A DNA stretch of 64,000 nucleotides from Myxococcota bacterium (GCA_039194325.1 JBCCWC010000010.1:71020-135019), one strand, 5' to 3'; counted from the first letter of the stretch, positions 38,605 through 50,827 are shown. Translations and numbers: made by a program. The notes: generated by a model from the sequence alone, not told the origin.

Positions 38605-41310
38605 TCACCACCGGGCGCGGAGCCCCACCGAGGGGATCACGTACCGGAACCCTTGGGCCGTGCACCCGGCGATCCCGTTGGCCTCCGCGGCCCGGGCCAT
38701 CAGCCGCCCTTGCTGTACGAGCAGCGGGAGATCCTCGACCACGTTGTCGCCGCCCCCGGTGTCGGGGGTGCACAAGAACACCTCGTTGGAGTATGTCGAG
38801 TTGGCCACGTCGAGCACCGCATGCAGCTGCCAGTCGGGCCAGCGCCAGATCCTCTCGATGCGCAGGTCGAGCTGGAAGAAGGGCGGTAGCCGGGCGTTGT
38901 TGCGATTGAGGCGCAGCGCGTCGACCTCGGACTGACCGGTCAAGGGCGCCGTCCATGGCCGGCCGGTGTGATAGTGCATGCGCCCGCTAAAGTACCACTT
39001 TTGGCTGATCTTGTAGCCGAGCACGAGGTTGATGATGTGTCGCTGGTCCCAATTGGAGGGGGCCAGGCCGCCCACCTGGAACTCTCGGGTCGAGCGCGAG
39101 AGGGTGTAGGCGATCCAGCCAAAGGTGCGCAGGCGCGGGTCGAGCTTGAGCAGCGTCTCCAGGCCGTAGGCCCACCCGGTGACTTGGCTGATCACGTCCT
39201 CGAGCTCGTCGAGCTCCTCTTCCTCGGAGGCGGCGGCCAGCTCGTAGTCTTGCAGGTTGGACAGCCGCCCCAGGTAAGCCTCTTGCTGGAGCAGCAGGCG
39301 ATCGTCGAACAGCTTGAGCTCGTAGCCGAACGAGCCCTGAATGTTGCGCTGCAGGCCCCGCTCGAAGCCGAAGCTCTCGATCCCGGGGATCGGGATCGGG
39401 AAGCTCGGGGGCTGATGGTAGACCCCGACCGCCTGCTTGAGCGCCAGGTTCGGGCGCACCTGCTCGCGCAGCAAGAGGCGCGGATCGACCCCGGTTGCGT
39501 AGGTGACCCCCCGGGCGCTGGGTAGGTAGGGGCTGTTGCCCGATTGCACGTAGAAGTCGGTGCGCACCCCCGGGCGTACCTCGAAGCCGGCCTTCTTCCA
39601 CAAGAACTCCAGGTAGGCGGCGGTGACGGCCACCGTGCGCTCGCTGAAGAACAGGCCCAGATCCTCGGTGACGTCGGCCACGTCGAAGCGGGGCAGGCGG
39701 AAGAACTGGAGCTCTTGGTCGAGGCCGAAGCCCACGGCCAGGTTGTCGCGCAAGGGCACCTGGAAGTCGGCTCGCGGGGCGATCCGCCACTGGTCGGTGC
39801 CGATCTCCTCGGTGGCGCCGGTCTGATCGAGGCCCAGCACCACGGCGTAGCTGGCCGAGCCTCCGCTGCGCAGCCGTTGGCGGATCCGGTTGTCGATCCG
39901 GTGGAACTGAAAGCGGATGAAGGGGGGTGGGTTGACCCGCTCGCCGGTGACCGGATCGTCGTAGGGCTTTTGGCCCAGATCGTCGAAGCTGCCGTAGGCG
40001 AAGGTGGTGAAGTCCATGTTGGGGCCCAGGCGGTGGTCGAGCCGAGCCTGGTAGTCCCAAAAGCGGATCCGCACCGTGTCGTTGACCAGCGACAGGACCG
40101 CGCCCGTGTAGCTGTAGCGACCGGCGATGGTCAGGGCCCCGCGGGCCGGCCCAAGCTCGCACTTGGTCTCGGCCACCGCCTCACGCCGGGCTCGGCGGTG
40201 CTTGGACGCGGCGGCCTTGCGGGTGGCCCGGCGCTCGGCTCGGGGGGGATCGACGCAGTCGGGATCGATCTTGCGCCGATCGAAGGGGATCTCCAGCAGC
40301 CCGCCCGCATCGGTGAGACGAGCGTCGATGTCTCCGTGGACCCGATCGCGACGCGCGGGGCGGGTGCGGGCCTCGATGATCCCGCTGGTGTAGCGCCCCA
40401 GCCGAACGGGGGCCCCGCTGGGGTAGAAATCGACCGAGTCGATGAAGTAGGGGTGGAGCACCGACGGGCCGATCGCCACGTGGAAGAGGATCGGGACCCG
40501 GGTGCCGTCGAGGTAGTAGCCGGTGTTGCCCGGGGCAGCGCCGCGGACGACGACGCAGGGCAAGAAGCCCGCGAGCTGGCCCACCCCCGGCAGGCTGCCC
40601 ACCACTCGGAGCGGGTCGCCTCGGCTCCCGGCGAGCTTGTGGATCTCGTCGTCCCGCAGGGTGGTGCTCGACACGGCGATCTGGCGCTCGGCCTCGACCA
40701 CGGTGCGGTACACGTCGTTGTCGAGCTCGGAATCGAGGCGTAGCTCGACCTCGAGATCCTGGCGGGGCTGGAGCTCGACCGCCGCTGGCAGATCGCGGTA
40801 GCCGGGGGCTCGCACGATGATCTCGTGACGTCCAGGCGGGAGCATCACCGAGAACGAGCCGTCGGGCTCCGCGAGGGTTGAGGGGCGACCATCGGAGAAG
40901 ATCAAGCGCGCCTCGCCCAGCGGGAGCCGCTCGCCGAAGCTGAGGATCTTCCCTCGCAGACGGGCGGCGGTGGCCGGGTCGGGGGTCCAAGGGTTGTCCT
41001 CGTCCTCGTCCTCGTCTTCGCCCTGTTCCTGGTCTTCGTCCTGGTCTTCGTCCTCGCCCTCGCTCTGTTCTTCGCCCTGGTCCTCGCCCTGGTCTTGGTC
41101 GGGCACTTCGGACTCGTCTCGCGCCGCTGCATCGAGATCTCGATGCTCGTTCGAGCTCGGGGCGTCGGGCTCGACGGACTCGACGGACTCGTCGGGGGGC
41201 GAGCCCTCGGACGCTTGGGGCTCGTCTTGGCTCGGCTCAAGCGGGAGGCTCGGCCCGGCGAGGCTCATGAGTACGACGACAGCAGCCCCCGAAAGCACCG
41301 ATGCGAGCAT
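38605..41310 (-). CDS. TonB-dependent receptor with a carboxypeptidase-regulatory-like domain and an acidic N-terminal linker
   Basis: Plug GDPLR...LPGV...VRG, RYSY, DPRL, YTLSRS, DQRH and LDLRI. C-terminal aromatic residue (RARW). Confidence 0.88.
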   Translation of the reverse strand: MLASVLSGAAVVVLMSLAGPSLPLEPSQDEPQASEGSPPDESVESVEPDAPSSNEHRDLDAAARDESEVPDQDQGEDQGEEQSEGEDEDQDEDQEQGEDEDEDEDNPWTPDPATAARLRGKILSFGERLPLGEARLIFSDGRPSTLAEPDGSFSVMLPPGRHEIIVRAPGYRDLPAAVELQPRQDLEVELRLDSELDNDVYRTVVEAERQIAVSSTTLRDDEIHKLAGSRGDPLRVVGSLPGVGQLAGFLPCVVVRGAAPGNTGYYLDGTRVPILFHVAIGPSVLHPYFIDSVDFYPSGAPVRLGRYTSGIIEARTRPARRDRVHGDIDARLTDAGGLLEIPFDRRKIDPDCVDPPRAERRATRKAAASKHRRARREAVAETKCELGPARGALTIAGRYSYTGAVLSLVNDTVRIRFWDYQARLDHRLGPNMDFTTFAYGSFDDLGQKPYDDPVTGERVNPPPFIRFQFHRIDNRIRQRLRSGGSASYAVVLGLDQTGATEEIGTDQWRIAPRADFQVPLRDNLAVGFGLDQELQFFRLPRFDVADVTEDLGLFFSERTVAVTAAYLEFLWKKAGFEVRPGVRTDFYVQSGNSPYLPSARGVTYATGVDPRLLLREQVRPNLALKQAVGVYHQPPSFPIPIPGIESFGFERGLQRNIQGSFGYELKLFDDRLLLQQEAYLGRLSNLQDYELAAASEEEELDELEDVISQVTGWAYGLETLLKLDPRLRTFGWIAYTLSRSTREFQVGGLAPSNWDQRHIINLVLGYKISQKWYFSGRMHYHTGRPWTAPLTGQSEVDALRLNRNNARLPPFFQLDLRIERIWRWPDWQLHAVLDVANSTYSNEVFLCTPDTGGGDNVVEDLPLLVQQGRLMARAAEANGIAGCTAQGFRYVIPSVGLRARW

Positions 41311-41423
41311 ACCGAACTTGTCCGCGGTCTCGTACCTCGATGATGCCCGCGGTGTAGGCGGCGGTCGGAGAGTATTTATGGGAATGCACGCGTTGCGTAT
41401 GCTCCCCGCGAAGGGACTTATCC

Positions 41424-44400
41424 ATGCCTGCTCGATCTTGGTTTCCGCTCTTGTTAACCGGTTCTACGCTCGTCGTGGCCAGCTGCGGCGACGACACGAC
41501 GGCCACCCCCACCAGCGCTACGGGGAGCAGCGGCGCATCGTCGGGGTCGGGGTCCATGGGCATGGCCGACTCCACCACCACGGATGGTCTGGACACCTCG
41601 GGCACGATGGGCCCGGTGATGGGCTGTGGCGACGGCATGCTCGAGGTCGACGAGCAGTGCGACGATGGCAACGCCGAGGACGGCGACGGGTGCAGCGCGG
41701 CCTGCCTGGTCGAGGAGGGCTTCTTGTGCGAGGGGCAGCCCAGCGAGTGCATCGTGATCTGCGGCGACGGGATGATCCGAGGCGACGAGGAGTGCGACGA
41801 CGACAACGTCCTCGGTGACGACGGGTGTAGCGCCGAGTGCGTCGTGGAGCCGGGCTACGCCTGCGAGCAGATGCCCAGCGAGTGCGCGTCGGTCTGTGGC
41901 GACGGGATCATCATCGGGCTGATGGAGGCGTGCGACGACGGCAACCTCGCCGACGGCGACGGGTGCAGCGCGGCGTGCGAGGTCGAGGACGGCTTTGCCT
42001 GCACGGACGAGCCGAGCGCTTGCGATGGGATCTGCGGCGACGGCCAGATCCTCGGCAGCGAGGAGTGTGACGACTTCGACGTGTCCCCCGACGATGGCTG
42101 CTCGGACACCTGCACGGTCGAGCCGGGCTGGTCGTGCGCTATGGAGCCCAGCGTCTGCATGACGGGCTGCGGCGATGGGATCACCGCGGGCATGGAGGAG
42201 TGCGACGACATGGATCTCGAAGACGGCGACGGTTGCTCGGCCGCGTGCGAGATCGAGTCTGGCTGGGTGTGCATGGGCGATCCCAGCGTCTGCATGACCG
42301 AGTGTGGCGATGGTCTGGTCGCCGGCCTGGAGGAGTGTGACGACGGCGCGGTGGCGATGGGCGACGGCTGCTCGGACACCTGTACGCTCGAGATGGGCTA
42401 CGCGTGTGAAGGCGAGCCCAGCATGTGTGACACGGTGTGTAGCGATGGCCTGGTGGTGGGGGCCGAGGCGTGCGACGACGGCAATCTCTCCGAGGGAGAC
42501 GGCTGCGGCCTGGCGTGCCAGCCCGAGTTTGGCTGGACCTGCGCGGGGGCCCCGAGCGTCTGCACCCTCGCGGCGGTGCTCGACCGCGTGGTCCTGGGCG
42601 TCGATGGGGGCTGCGTGCTGACCACCCTGGGCGAGCTGGGCTGCTTTGGCATCAACTCCCAGAGCGAGGTGGGGATCGGGATCGACAACGTGGAGATCCA
42701 CATTCCCACCTTCACCCTCGACAACGTAATTGCGTTCACCTCGGGCGAGGAGCACAACTGCGCGGTCCGGGGGGGAGGCACCGCGTGGTGCTGGGGCGAC
42801 AACTCGCAGACCCAGGTGGGCCCCAACGGCATGGGGACCATCGACGAGCCGCTGCCCATCGAGGTGCCGGGCATGCCGCCGCTGGTCGACATCGACGCAG
42901 GCGACGACCACAACTGTGGGCTGGATATGGCCGGCGACGTGTGGTGCTGGGGCGACAACGACCGGCGTCAGCTCGGGCGGGGTGGGGTCGACGTCACCGA
43001 CGATCCGACGCCGCTCCAGGTCGCGCTGCCCGGGGGGCTCGCGGCCATCGACCTGGGCATGGGAGACGATCACTCATGCGTGGTGCTCTCGGACAACACG
43101 GTCGCGTGCTGGGGCAAAGACGACAACGGCCAGCTCGGTAACGGAGGGCTCAACGAAGACAGTGGCGATGCCACGGTGGTGCCGGGGCTGGCGTCGATCG
43201 TCGACGTGGAGAGCGGCGACGACCACTCCTGCGCTCGCAACGACCTGGGTGAGCTCTTTTGCTGGGGAGACAACGTCGACGGTCAGCTCGGCGACGACAA
43301 CAACCCCTTCGATTCGGACGCTCCGGTGCCCGTGGCCCTGCCCGCGGCGATCGAGGATCTCAGCCTCGGCGATGATTTCAGCTGCGCGCTGCTGGTCAAC
43401 GACGAGATCTACTGCTGGGGTGAGGGCGCGGACTATCAGCTCGCCAGCGGCGATCTGATAGACGTGACGACCCCGGCGCTGGTCATGGATCTTCCGGCGG
43501 TGGACCTGGTCAGCATCGACGCGGGCGGGCGAGGCGTCTGCGCGGTGTCGGCCGCGGGGGCGCGGTACTGCTGGGGCTATAGCGAGACCGGCAACCTGGG
43601 CATTGCCCCGATCAACCAGCTCGAGCTTTCGCTGGTCGACTTCTCGGGGCCGGTGCAGCAGGTCGTGCTCAGCAAGCCCGAGTATCGCGGAGTGATCTGC
43701 GGGGTGATGGGCGACGACACCATCGAGTGCAGCGGCGACAGCACGATCGTCTCGGGCAGCGACTTCAGCGGGGCGGTCGGTCTGTTCGAGCCGATCACCT
43801 ACCACCTGGTCACGCCGACCCCGATGCCGCTGGTCAGCGACGTTCAGGGCATGGATATCGGCGACGGGTTTGCCTGCGTCAGGACCAGCGTCGACGTGCA
43901 GTGCTGGGGCGACAACAGCCAGCGACAGCTGGGCCAGGGCGGGACGAGCACGGTCGACATTCCTGTACCGAACCCGGTGATGGGCCTGGGGGTGGTCGAT
44001 GAGATCGAGTTGGGCAATCAGTTCGCGTGTGTGCGCACGGGAGGCACGGTGCAGTGCTGGGGTGACAACAGCGGCCTCCAGACCGGAGATCCTTCGGCTA
44101 CGACCGATCAGAGCCTGCCCGTGGAGATCCCCGGCCTCGCGGACGCAGTAGACATCGACGCGGGCGAGGATCATGCGTGCGCCCTGCGGGCGACCGGCGT
44201 GGTCAGCTGTTGGGGTGAGGATGGGTTCGGTCAGCTCGGCGACGACGACGGCATGACGGCCGATTCTTCCTCCCCGGTGGACGTGATGGGGTTGCCCGGC
44301 GCCGTGACGCAGATCTCGCTGGGGCGAGATCACTCCTGTGCGCTGGCAGGGGGCGAGGTCTACTGCTGGGGCAGGAATCTGTACGGCAACCTCGGCCAGG

Positions 44401-44762
44401 GCGACCAGATCAATTCCGACATCGCCCTGCTGGTCCCGGGCCTGGCGGGTATCACCCAGATCGCCGCGGGCTATAACTACGTGTGTGCCCTCGACGGCGC
44501 GGGCGACATGAGCTGTTGGGGCTATGCGCTCGACGGCAACCTCGGCGATGGCGGCGAGGTCGTGACGGGTCTCGACGAGGTCCGCTCTCCGCAGCCCTTC
44601 GCGGCGGCCAGCGGGATCCTCGACCTCGTGTCCGGCAACGGCACGACCTGTGTCGAGACGATGGCGGGCTGGTCGTGCCTGGGCTTTCGCTCTTCGGGAC
44701 ACCTGGGCAACGGCACGACCAGCGAGCCGGCCGTGCCCACGCTGATGATGTTTGGGCTCTGA
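41424..44762 (+). CDS. Lipoprotein with DUF4215 (myxobacterial Cys-rich) repeats and RCC1-like repeats
   Basis: Lipobox VASC. Repeats of CGDG....E.CDDGN...GDGCS..C, then G.DH.CA...G...CWG.N..GQLG repeats. Confidence 0.92.
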   Translation: MPARSWFPLLLTGSTLVVASCGDDTTATPTSATGSSGASSGSGSMGMADSTTTDGLDTSGTMGPVMGCGDGMLEVDEQCDDGNAEDGDGCSAACLVEEGFLCEGQPSECIVICGDGMIRGDEECDDDNVLGDDGCSAECVVEPGYACEQMPSECASVCGDGIIIGLMEACDDGNLADGDGCSAACEVEDGFACTDEPSACDGICGDGQILGSEECDDFDVSPDDGCSDTCTVEPGWSCAMEPSVCMTGCGDGITAGMEECDDMDLEDGDGCSAACEIESGWVCMGDPSVCMTECGDGLVAGLEECDDGAVAMGDGCSDTCTLEMGYACEGEPSMCDTVCSDGLVVGAEACDDGNLSEGDGCGLACQPEFGWTCAGAPSVCTLAAVLDRVVLGVDGGCVLTTLGELGCFGINSQSEVGIGIDNVEIHIPTFTLDNVIAFTSGEEHNCAVRGGGTAWCWGDNSQTQVGPNGMGTIDEPLPIEVPGMPPLVDIDAGDDHNCGLDMAGDVWCWGDNDRRQLGRGGVDVTDDPTPLQVALPGGLAAIDLGMGDDHSCVVLSDNTVACWGKDDNGQLGNGGLNEDSGDATVVPGLASIVDVESGDDHSCARNDLGELFCWGDNVDGQLGDDNNPFDSDAPVPVALPAAIEDLSLGDDFSCALLVNDEIYCWGEGADYQLASGDLIDVTTPALVMDLPAVDLVSIDAGGRGVCAVSAAGARYCWGYSETGNLGIAPINQLELSLVDFSGPVQQVVLSKPEYRGVICGVMGDDTIECSGDSTIVSGSDFSGAVGLFEPITYHLVTPTPMPLVSDVQGMDIGDGFACVRTSVDVQCWGDNSQRQLGQGGTSTVDIPVPNPVMGLGVVDEIELGNQFACVRTGGTVQCWGDNSGLQTGDPSATTDQSLPVEIPGLADAVDIDAGEDHACALRATGVVSCWGEDGFGQLGDDDGMTADSSSPVDVMGLPGAVTQISLGRDHSCALAGGEVYCWGRNLYGNLGQGDQINSDIALLVPGLAGITQIAAGYNYVCALDGAGDMSCWGYALDGNLGDGGEVVTGLDEVRSPQPFAAASGILDLVSGNGTTCVETMAGWSCLGFRSSGHLGNGTTSEPAVPTLMMFGL

Positions 44763-44802
44763 GCGGCCTGCCACCCGTGGTGAGCCACCCGCGCGGCCGG
44801 GG

Positions 44803-45153
44803 CTAGTCCCGCCCGGGGAGCTTGGTGGCGTCGGCGGTGCTGGTCCGAGCACGGCTGCGATCCCCGGCCGGGGTGGTCGCCGTTGCTGCATGCGTGGGGG
44901 TGGAGGGGAGCGAGGACGAGGACGCTCGGGTGGGCGCCTCGATGTGCTCCCCCAGCATACGGTCGGTCGCCTCTTGCAGCATCGGGTTGACCGTGGAGCG
45001 CGTGCCTTCGATGAGCTCGCTGGCTTCGGGGGTCTGACCGATCCGGTCGATGTGCTCGGCGAAGGTCCGTGAGCCTAGCTTGACCGAGAAGGCAAACCAC
45101 AGCGATCCCACGAGGAACGCCAGGCTGATGAGGGGGCGCAGCAGCCGGTACAC
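44803..45153 (-). CDS. Hypothetical membrane-anchored protein
   Basis: One TM helix (LISLAFLVGSLWFAFSV) followed by LG.RTF.EH..RI. GTG start assumed. Confidence 0.65.
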   Translation of the reverse strand: MYRLLRPLISLAFLVGSLWFAFSVKLGSRTFAEHIDRIGQTPEASELIEGTRSTVNPMLQEATDRMLGEHIEAPTRASSSSLPSTPTHAATATTPAGDRSRARTSTADATKLPGRD

Positions 45154-45358
45154 GGGGGCGAGGATCCGATCGCGAGCTGCGGGGGCCAAATTCTCCGCAT
45201 TATTCCTCGCCTCGCGTTGGGTCTTCGGCTCTCGCAGAGCACGAATCGAAGGGGTCGGCAAATTTCTGCCTCGGGGGCGAGTTGTCCGTGAGACTTCGGT
45301 ACCCGGGGTCGAGCTTTGGGGCGGGGCCTGCCTCGCGGCCCCGCCCGTGGGTCGCGCC

Positions 45359-47263
45359 TCACTTGGCGAGCTTGCGGATCCCGTCGATCATCGACTGGCC
45401 CAAGACCATCTCGCCCCGTTGTTCGCCCGCGCGGCCGTAGGTGGCGGAGAAGTAGAAGTCCCCCAGGTCGCGGCCCAGCATGGCTGGGATCTCGCGGGTG
45501 GCTTCGGCCGGGAGCACCTCACGGGCCCACCACAGTGCTCCGGCGACATTGACGGCCATCACGGCCGACGTGTCGGGGTTGCGAGCGAGCAGCGCCGTGA
45601 GGCCCGCGTCGCTTCCCGCCCCACCGCTCTTGGTGGCCTCGATGGCGGCTCGGATGTATGCCTCCTGGCTACCGGGGGCGATCACGAAGAGCACCCGGCC
45701 CGGCAGCTCCACTCGGTCGATCATCAGCTTCAGCCCGCCGAAGCGTCGAGTGATCTCCGCGAGAGTAGGATCCTTCTTCTTGGCGATCTCGGCCATGGTC
45801 TCGGGCCCGGGCTCGATCATCCAGCGATCTACAGCCACGCCGTCCACTTCGAGGGCATCGGCCTGGAACGACCAGGTCACGAACTTGCTGGCCTCGGGCC
45901 CGAGCACGTGCTTGGGGGTGAAGCTCTTTGTCCAGGGCTTCCAGCGATCGCGGGCCGGGGCGGCGAGCTTGCGGCTGACGATGAGCCCTCCCTGGGTACC
46001 CGTCAGGTACGCGACGGCCAGCGCCATGTCGTCGTCGTAGAGGCTTGCGTTCTCGTCGAGGAACGCCTCCACCGCGGTGCGGATCTCGGCGGAGGGATGA
46101 CCCACCGCGGTCGCGTAGCCCTCGAGCAGCGCGTCGCGCATGACGGCGGCGCTCTCGAGGCCCCAGGCGGCCTTCCAGTCGACGGTGGAGCCGGAGATCA
46201 GCCACGACTCGGCGGGCAGCTGACGAACGAGCGAGACGTCGACGGGGCCCGAGGTGATCGCCTGGGAATCCGACTGGGTGCTCGAGCCCGGCGTGGGGTA
46301 GAGCGCGTAGCGGAGCACGAAGCCGACCTTCTCGAGGCCCATGCCGAAATCGATCTGATCGAGCTCTCGGTAGTAGTCCAGGCCGCGATCCATGGAGGCG
46401 CGCGAGTAGTCGGTCCACGCCTTCACCAGCGGGTTGCCGGAGGTCGGCATCGGGAGCGAGCGCATGGTGGAGGTGAGCGCCTCGACCTGCGTGGAGTAGC
46501 GGGCCATTGCGGCCTTGGGGTAGACCACGATCTCGATGTCGTCGGTGATGGACGAGGCGCGACCTATCACGTTGCGGCCCAGGTAGTCCTTGGCCTTGGC
46601 GAAGAGCGCCGGGTGGTTGGTCACCACCACATGCCCGTCGAGCTCGTCGAGGTAGAGATCTTGGCCCTCCACACGGTAGTGAGCCCGGTGGCCCTCGGCC
46701 TCGGGTTGCTTGTTTTCCTCGCCCAGATCGGCGACCGCAGCCTCGACCCCGCCCTCGTAGCCCACGCTGCAGGCCACGGGGACCTCGGTGGCGGTGTCGT
46801 CGATGAACACGCAGCCGATCGGATCCTTCAGCGAAAGGTGCTGGGCCAGGCCGGAGCGCGTGCCCAGCGTCATGCCGGCCAGTCCACGCAGGGCGCCCTC
46901 ATCGAGGAAGCCGGCGGCCTTGGCCGGCGCGGCTTGGGTTCGGACCTCGTTGAGCAAGGTGGTCGGGCTGGGCAGCACGATGTGGCCGAGCGCGTCACCT
47001 CGCTCGAGGCGGTTGTCGGAGCTGGCGGCGCTGATCCCGGCGGCGATGGTCTTGGTCAGACCATTGTCGGTCTCGTCGGCCTTGGGCTTGGCGGTGGTGG
47101 AGGTCTTGGCCTCAGCCTCAGCCTCGGACTCGGCGGGAGCCTCGGCCGACTTGGGCTCGGTCTTGGGAGACTCGGGTGTCTCGGCGTTGGAGCAGGCCAG
47201 CGGGGTCGCCAAGGCGACCATGAGGCCGAGGTGAGGGCGGAGGCGGGGTAGACCGTGGCGCAT
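45359..47263 (-). CDS. Hypothetical lipoprotein
   Basis: 634-aa ORF with lipobox PLAC, an E/A/K linker and strong GC3 bias. Confidence 0.8.
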   Translation of the reverse strand: MRHGLPRLRPHLGLMVALATPLACSNAETPESPKTEPKSAEAPAESEAEAEAKTSTTAKPKADETDNGLTKTIAAGISAASSDNRLERGDALGHIVLPSPTTLLNEVRTQAAPAKAAGFLDEGALRGLAGMTLGTRSGLAQHLSLKDPIGCVFIDDTATEVPVACSVGYEGGVEAAVADLGEENKQPEAEGHRAHYRVEGQDLYLDELDGHVVVTNHPALFAKAKDYLGRNVIGRASSITDDIEIVVYPKAAMARYSTQVEALTSTMRSLPMPTSGNPLVKAWTDYSRASMDRGLDYYRELDQIDFGMGLEKVGFVLRYALYPTPGSSTQSDSQAITSGPVDVSLVRQLPAESWLISGSTVDWKAAWGLESAAVMRDALLEGYATAVGHPSAEIRTAVEAFLDENASLYDDDMALAVAYLTGTQGGLIVSRKLAAPARDRWKPWTKSFTPKHVLGPEASKFVTWSFQADALEVDGVAVDRWMIEPGPETMAEIAKKKDPTLAEITRRFGGLKLMIDRVELPGRVLFVIAPGSQEAYIRAAIEATKSGGAGSDAGLTALLARNPDTSAVMAVNVAGALWWAREVLPAEATREIPAMLGRDLGDFYFSATYGRAGEQRGEMVLGQSMIDGIRKLAK

Positions 47264-47391
47264 GGGGGGCGTGTCCTGGAGTGAGAGCGAGAACTATGGA
47301 TCCCGAGACGTTCGTCATCCACCCCAGTTGCACGGTGGGTGGGCGACCTCGCGCGCTCGGCCGCTGGACCTGGGCCATCCCGTCCGTCACG

Positions 47392-48603
47392 ATGACAGTC
47401 GTGAGGAAGCGCGCTTGGTGGAGCGGTTTCGTGTGTGGGGTCGTCGCGGCTGGCCTCTTCGCGGTGGTGGTTGGCGGTGAGCTGGTGCCCGAGGCCGAGG
47501 CGAACGGACGTCCTCGCTTCGATCGCGACGCCTTCCACCAGGCCCTCGATGCTGTGCTCGATCGCTATGTGGAGCCGGTCGACGAGTCCACCTTGCTCGC
47601 CCGGGGGCTCAAGCACATCGTGGCCGGGCTCGACGGGCATAGCCACTTCCTCACCGCGGCCGAACGCAAGTCGCTGCGCAAGAAGGCCAAGAGCGGCACG
47701 ACGGGGCTGGTCGTGCATCTGCACACGGTGCCCGGGGGTGGCGATCGCATGCTCGAAGTCGTCGGAGTACTGCCCGATTCCCCAGGGGCGCGGGCGAAGC
47801 TGTCGCCGGGCGATCGGATCTTGGAGATCGACGGCACTGAGGTAGGGCGGCTGCTGAGCCAGGTCGAGGCCGAGACGATGCTCGCCGGAAAGGTCGGTGA
47901 CGTCGTCGCCATGCGAGTTCAGCGGAGGGCGGAGCCTCACCCCGAGCGCGTCGATCTGAAGCTCGGTCGTGCATCGTCGCGACCGCTGCTCACCCATACC
48001 CTCATCACGGCGAAGACGGCGGCCGGCAGCGAGCGTACGGTGGTGTGCATCGAGCTGCGGGCCTTTGGGCACGGGGTCGGCGAGGCGTTCAAGAAGCGGC
48101 TGGCTCAGCTGCGTCGCTCGGTCGGTGGAGCGCTGGCGGGGGTCGTGCTCGATCTGCGGGGCAATCCCGGCGGCGAGGTCGACGAGGCGCTGGTGGTGGC
48201 CGATCTGTTCGTTGCCGACGGGATCCTCACCCGCACGCGGGGCCGGGGCGGTCGGATCCTCCGAGAGGAGCGGGCCCACGAAGCCGGCACCGATTCCGAT
48301 ACCCCACTGGTGATCTTGCAAGATCGACACAGCGCCTCGGCGGCCGAGCTGCTCACGGCGGCCCTGCGTGACCATGGCCGCGCCAAGAGCGTGGGGGAGC
48401 GTAGCTACGGCAAGGGGACCGTCCAGGAGATCCTGGGCCTGTCGGATGGTTCGGTCCTCAAGCTCACGATCGCCCGGTACTTCTCGCCCAAGGATCAGAA
48501 GATCGACGGGGTCGGCATCGAGCCCGATGTCGCGCTGCCCTCGGCGCGACAGGGCGAGGTGGTCGACGAAGCGCTACGGGTGCTGGGGTTGACCCGCGCG
48601 TAG
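47392..48603 (+). CDS. S41 family C-terminal processing protease (PDZ + peptidase)
   Basis: DLRGNPGG, SASAAE, GERSYGKGTVQ, LTIARYFSP and GIEPD. Start uncertain. Confidence 0.92.
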   Translation: MTVVRKRAWWSGFVCGVVAAGLFAVVVGGELVPEAEANGRPRFDRDAFHQALDAVLDRYVEPVDESTLLARGLKHIVAGLDGHSHFLTAAERKSLRKKAKSGTTGLVVHLHTVPGGGDRMLEVVGVLPDSPGARAKLSPGDRILEIDGTEVGRLLSQVEAETMLAGKVGDVVAMRVQRRAEPHPERVDLKLGRASSRPLLTHTLITAKTAAGSERTVVCIELRAFGHGVGEAFKKRLAQLRRSVGGALAGVVLDLRGNPGGEVDEALVVADLFVADGILTRTRGRGGRILREERAHEAGTDSDTPLVILQDRHSASAAELLTAALRDHGRAKSVGERSYGKGTVQEILGLSDGSVLKLTIARYFSPKDQKIDGVGIEPDVALPSARQGEVVDEALRVLGLTRA

Positions 48604-48612
48604 TTGGGTGCC

Positions 48613-50130
48613 TCAGCAGCCTGGTTGCCGTAGTGAGCATGAGTTGAGGCATGCGTCGCTCTCGTCGAAGTTGCCGTCGTCGCACTCTTCCTCGACGGAG
48701 TCGACGATCCCGTTGCCGCAGCTGGGTGTGGGGGCGCAGCACAGCGCGTAGGCTTCTTGCTCGTTGCACCCGAAGCCGCTGGGGCACGAGGGGCGCGAGC
48801 TGCCATAGCCGCAGTTGAGCGGTGGATCGTCCTCGAGCGTGGTCACCCCGCCGTAGGGGCCCAGGGTGTAGTGCCCGGCCCCGCTGCCGGCGCGGCAGTG
48901 GATCTCGCCCACCACGACGTCGGGCCCGCCCACCATGTTGCCGGTGGCGAAGGCCCAGCCGGTGTTGCGGTTGATGTGCTGGAGCCGCGAGCACAGGCCC
49001 CAGCCGGGCGGGCATAGGGTCTCGAAGTCTTCTTCGCAGGTGATGTCCATTGGATCATCGCAGACCACCATGGTGCCGGTGGGGCTGAACGAGAGCGTGA
49101 TCGAGTTTTGGCAGACCCCCCCACCGCCGTCGACGGTGCAATTGGTGCAGCCGTCGTCGGGGACCATGTTGGCGTCGTCGCACTGCTCGCCGGCGGGGAT
49201 GTTGATCGTGCCGTCGCCACACACCGAGAACGTGCAGTCGAGGTCGCAGCCGGGCGTGGGGACGCCCTCGTCGCATTCTTCGCCGGCCGACGCGTTGACG
49301 ACCGTGTCGCCGCACTCCGAAGGGGTGCAGTCGGCATCACAAGCCGGCGTCTCGCCCATGGTGTCGCACTCTTCACCGACCAGCATGTTGACGAGCCCGT
49401 CGCCGCACATCGGCTCGGTGCAATCGGCGTCGCAGGTCTCGGTCTGCACCATCTCGTCACAGGTCTCGCCGGCGGCCATGTTGACGGTGCCGTCGCCACA
49501 GTCGGCGAAGGTGCAGTCGTTGTCGCAGGTGGGGGAGTCTGGGCCCTCGTCGCATAGCTCGCCGGCGTTGGGGTTGACGTTGCCGTCGCCACACATCGCG
49601 AAGGTGCAGTCATCGTCGCAGCCGGGAGAGAATCCGCCGTCGTCACACTCTTCGCCGGCGGCCATGTTGATTACGCTGTCGCCGCAGGTCACCGCGGTGC
49701 AGTCGCTGTCGCAGGTGGGGGAGTCTGGGCCCTCCTCGCAGGTCTCGCCGGCCATGGTGTTGACGGTGCCATCGCCACACTCGGCCGCCGTGCAGTCGGC
49801 GTCGCAATCCTTGGACTCGCCGCCGTCGTCGCACTCTTCGTCGCCCTCGACGATCCCGTTGCCGCACTCCGGGTTGCCGCTGTCGCCGCTGTCGCTGCTG
49901 TCGGCGCCGGTGTCTTCGCTCGCGCTGCCCGAGCCCACGCCGGTGCTGGTGCTCGGGGTCACCGTCGTCGCCGTCGTCGTGGTCGGGTCAGTGGAGGTCG
50001 TGGTGGCATTGGTCGTGCTGGTACTGTCGTCACCATCCGGGTTGGCGGGAGGCTCGACCGGGCACCCCAAGGCAACGAGCGACAGGACGGCGGCGGGCCA
50101 TGACCCGAGCGAAGGGCAAGCGAGCTTCAT
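48613..50130 (-). CDS. Cys-rich repeat (DUF4215-like) lipoprotein
   Basis: Lipobox ALGC, Thr/Ser linker and CGDG.VN..AGE.CD....CD.DCT repeats. Start ATG 50130. Confidence 0.88.
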   Translation of the reverse strand: MKLACPSLGSWPAAVLSLVALGCPVEPPANPDGDDSTSTTNATTTSTDPTTTTATTVTPSTSTGVGSGSASEDTGADSSDSGDSGNPECGNGIVEGDEECDDGGESKDCDADCTAAECGDGTVNTMAGETCEEGPDSPTCDSDCTAVTCGDSVINMAAGEECDDGGFSPGCDDDCTFAMCGDGNVNPNAGELCDEGPDSPTCDNDCTFADCGDGTVNMAAGETCDEMVQTETCDADCTEPMCGDGLVNMLVGEECDTMGETPACDADCTPSECGDTVVNASAGEECDEGVPTPGCDLDCTFSVCGDGTINIPAGEQCDDANMVPDDGCTNCTVDGGGGVCQNSITLSFSPTGTMVVCDDPMDITCEEDFETLCPPGWGLCSRLQHINRNTGWAFATGNMVGGPDVVVGEIHCRAGSGAGHYTLGPYGGVTTLEDDPPLNCGYGSSRPSCPSGFGCNEQEAYALCCAPTPSCGNGIVDSVEEECDDGNFDESDACLNSCSLRQPGC

Positions 50131-50234
50131 GGGTCGTACGTTAGCGTGCGAGAGCTGTGCGTCGTGCGCATTATGGGATATACGCAGAGTATCCGCTTCC
50201 GACCGTGAACGGCGGCCCGATGGGAAGAGTTCTG

Positions 50235-50816
50235 CTAGACGATCGCCTGCGGCACGATGCGCTCCAACAGCCACCGCAAAGTCTGCCTCTGACGTCTTCG
50301 CGTCCAGTAGCTCGGGTCGGCTAGCGCGTTCACGGCGATGCCGTCGAGTGCAGACATCAGCGCGTCGACGACCGGGGTCACGTCTCCCTCTACGAGGCCG
50401 CGCTTGTCGATCTCCTCGCTGAGCTGGCGGCGGATGTCACGGACTCGCTTGCTGTAGCCCTTGCGCAAGTGTGGGTGAGCGATGCTCAACGCCCAGAACA
50501 CGAGCCACACTCGAAGCTCGGACGTTCTGTTGCTGTCGAGCGGCAAGAATTCAGAGACGACCTTTTCGAGGGTTGCATCTGGCTCCGCGAGAACGGCCGC
50601 GCACCGTGCGACGGCGGCGGTCGATGCTTCGTCCAAGACGGCCTCGATGAGGTCGTTCTTCGACTTGAACCAATAGTTGAGCAGGCCGATCGTGCAGCCG
50701 ACGCGCTCGGCGATCTTACGCATCGAGAGCGCCTCCGGCCCGCCGGTGGCGATGAGCTCAGTCGCGGCAGAGATGATTTCCGCACGGCGGACAGCAGAAT
50801 CAACGAGACGAGGCAT
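50235..50816 (-). CDS. TetR/AcrR family transcriptional regulator (BetI-like)
   Basis: [33 protein letters not shown] and W..FW. Confidence 0.92.
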   Translation of the reverse strand: MPRLVDSAVRRAEIISAATELIATGGPEALSMRKIAERVGCTIGLLNYWFKSKNDLIEAVLDEASTAAVARCAAVLAEPDATLEKVVSEFLPLDSNRTSELRVWLVFWALSIAHPHLRKGYSKRVRDIRRQLSEEIDKRGLVEGDVTPVVDALMSALDGIAVNALADPSYWTRRRQRQTLRWLLERIVPQAIV

Positions 50817-50827
50817 GGGCTTTCCTG

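Noticed and set aside
45050..47251. 733-aa + strand ORF and similar long antisense ORFs (e.g. 43074-44891, 48935-50422, 5942-7213, 39544-40743)
   Set aside because: These are shadow ORFs opposite well-supported genes, expected in high-GC DNA, and carry no motifs.
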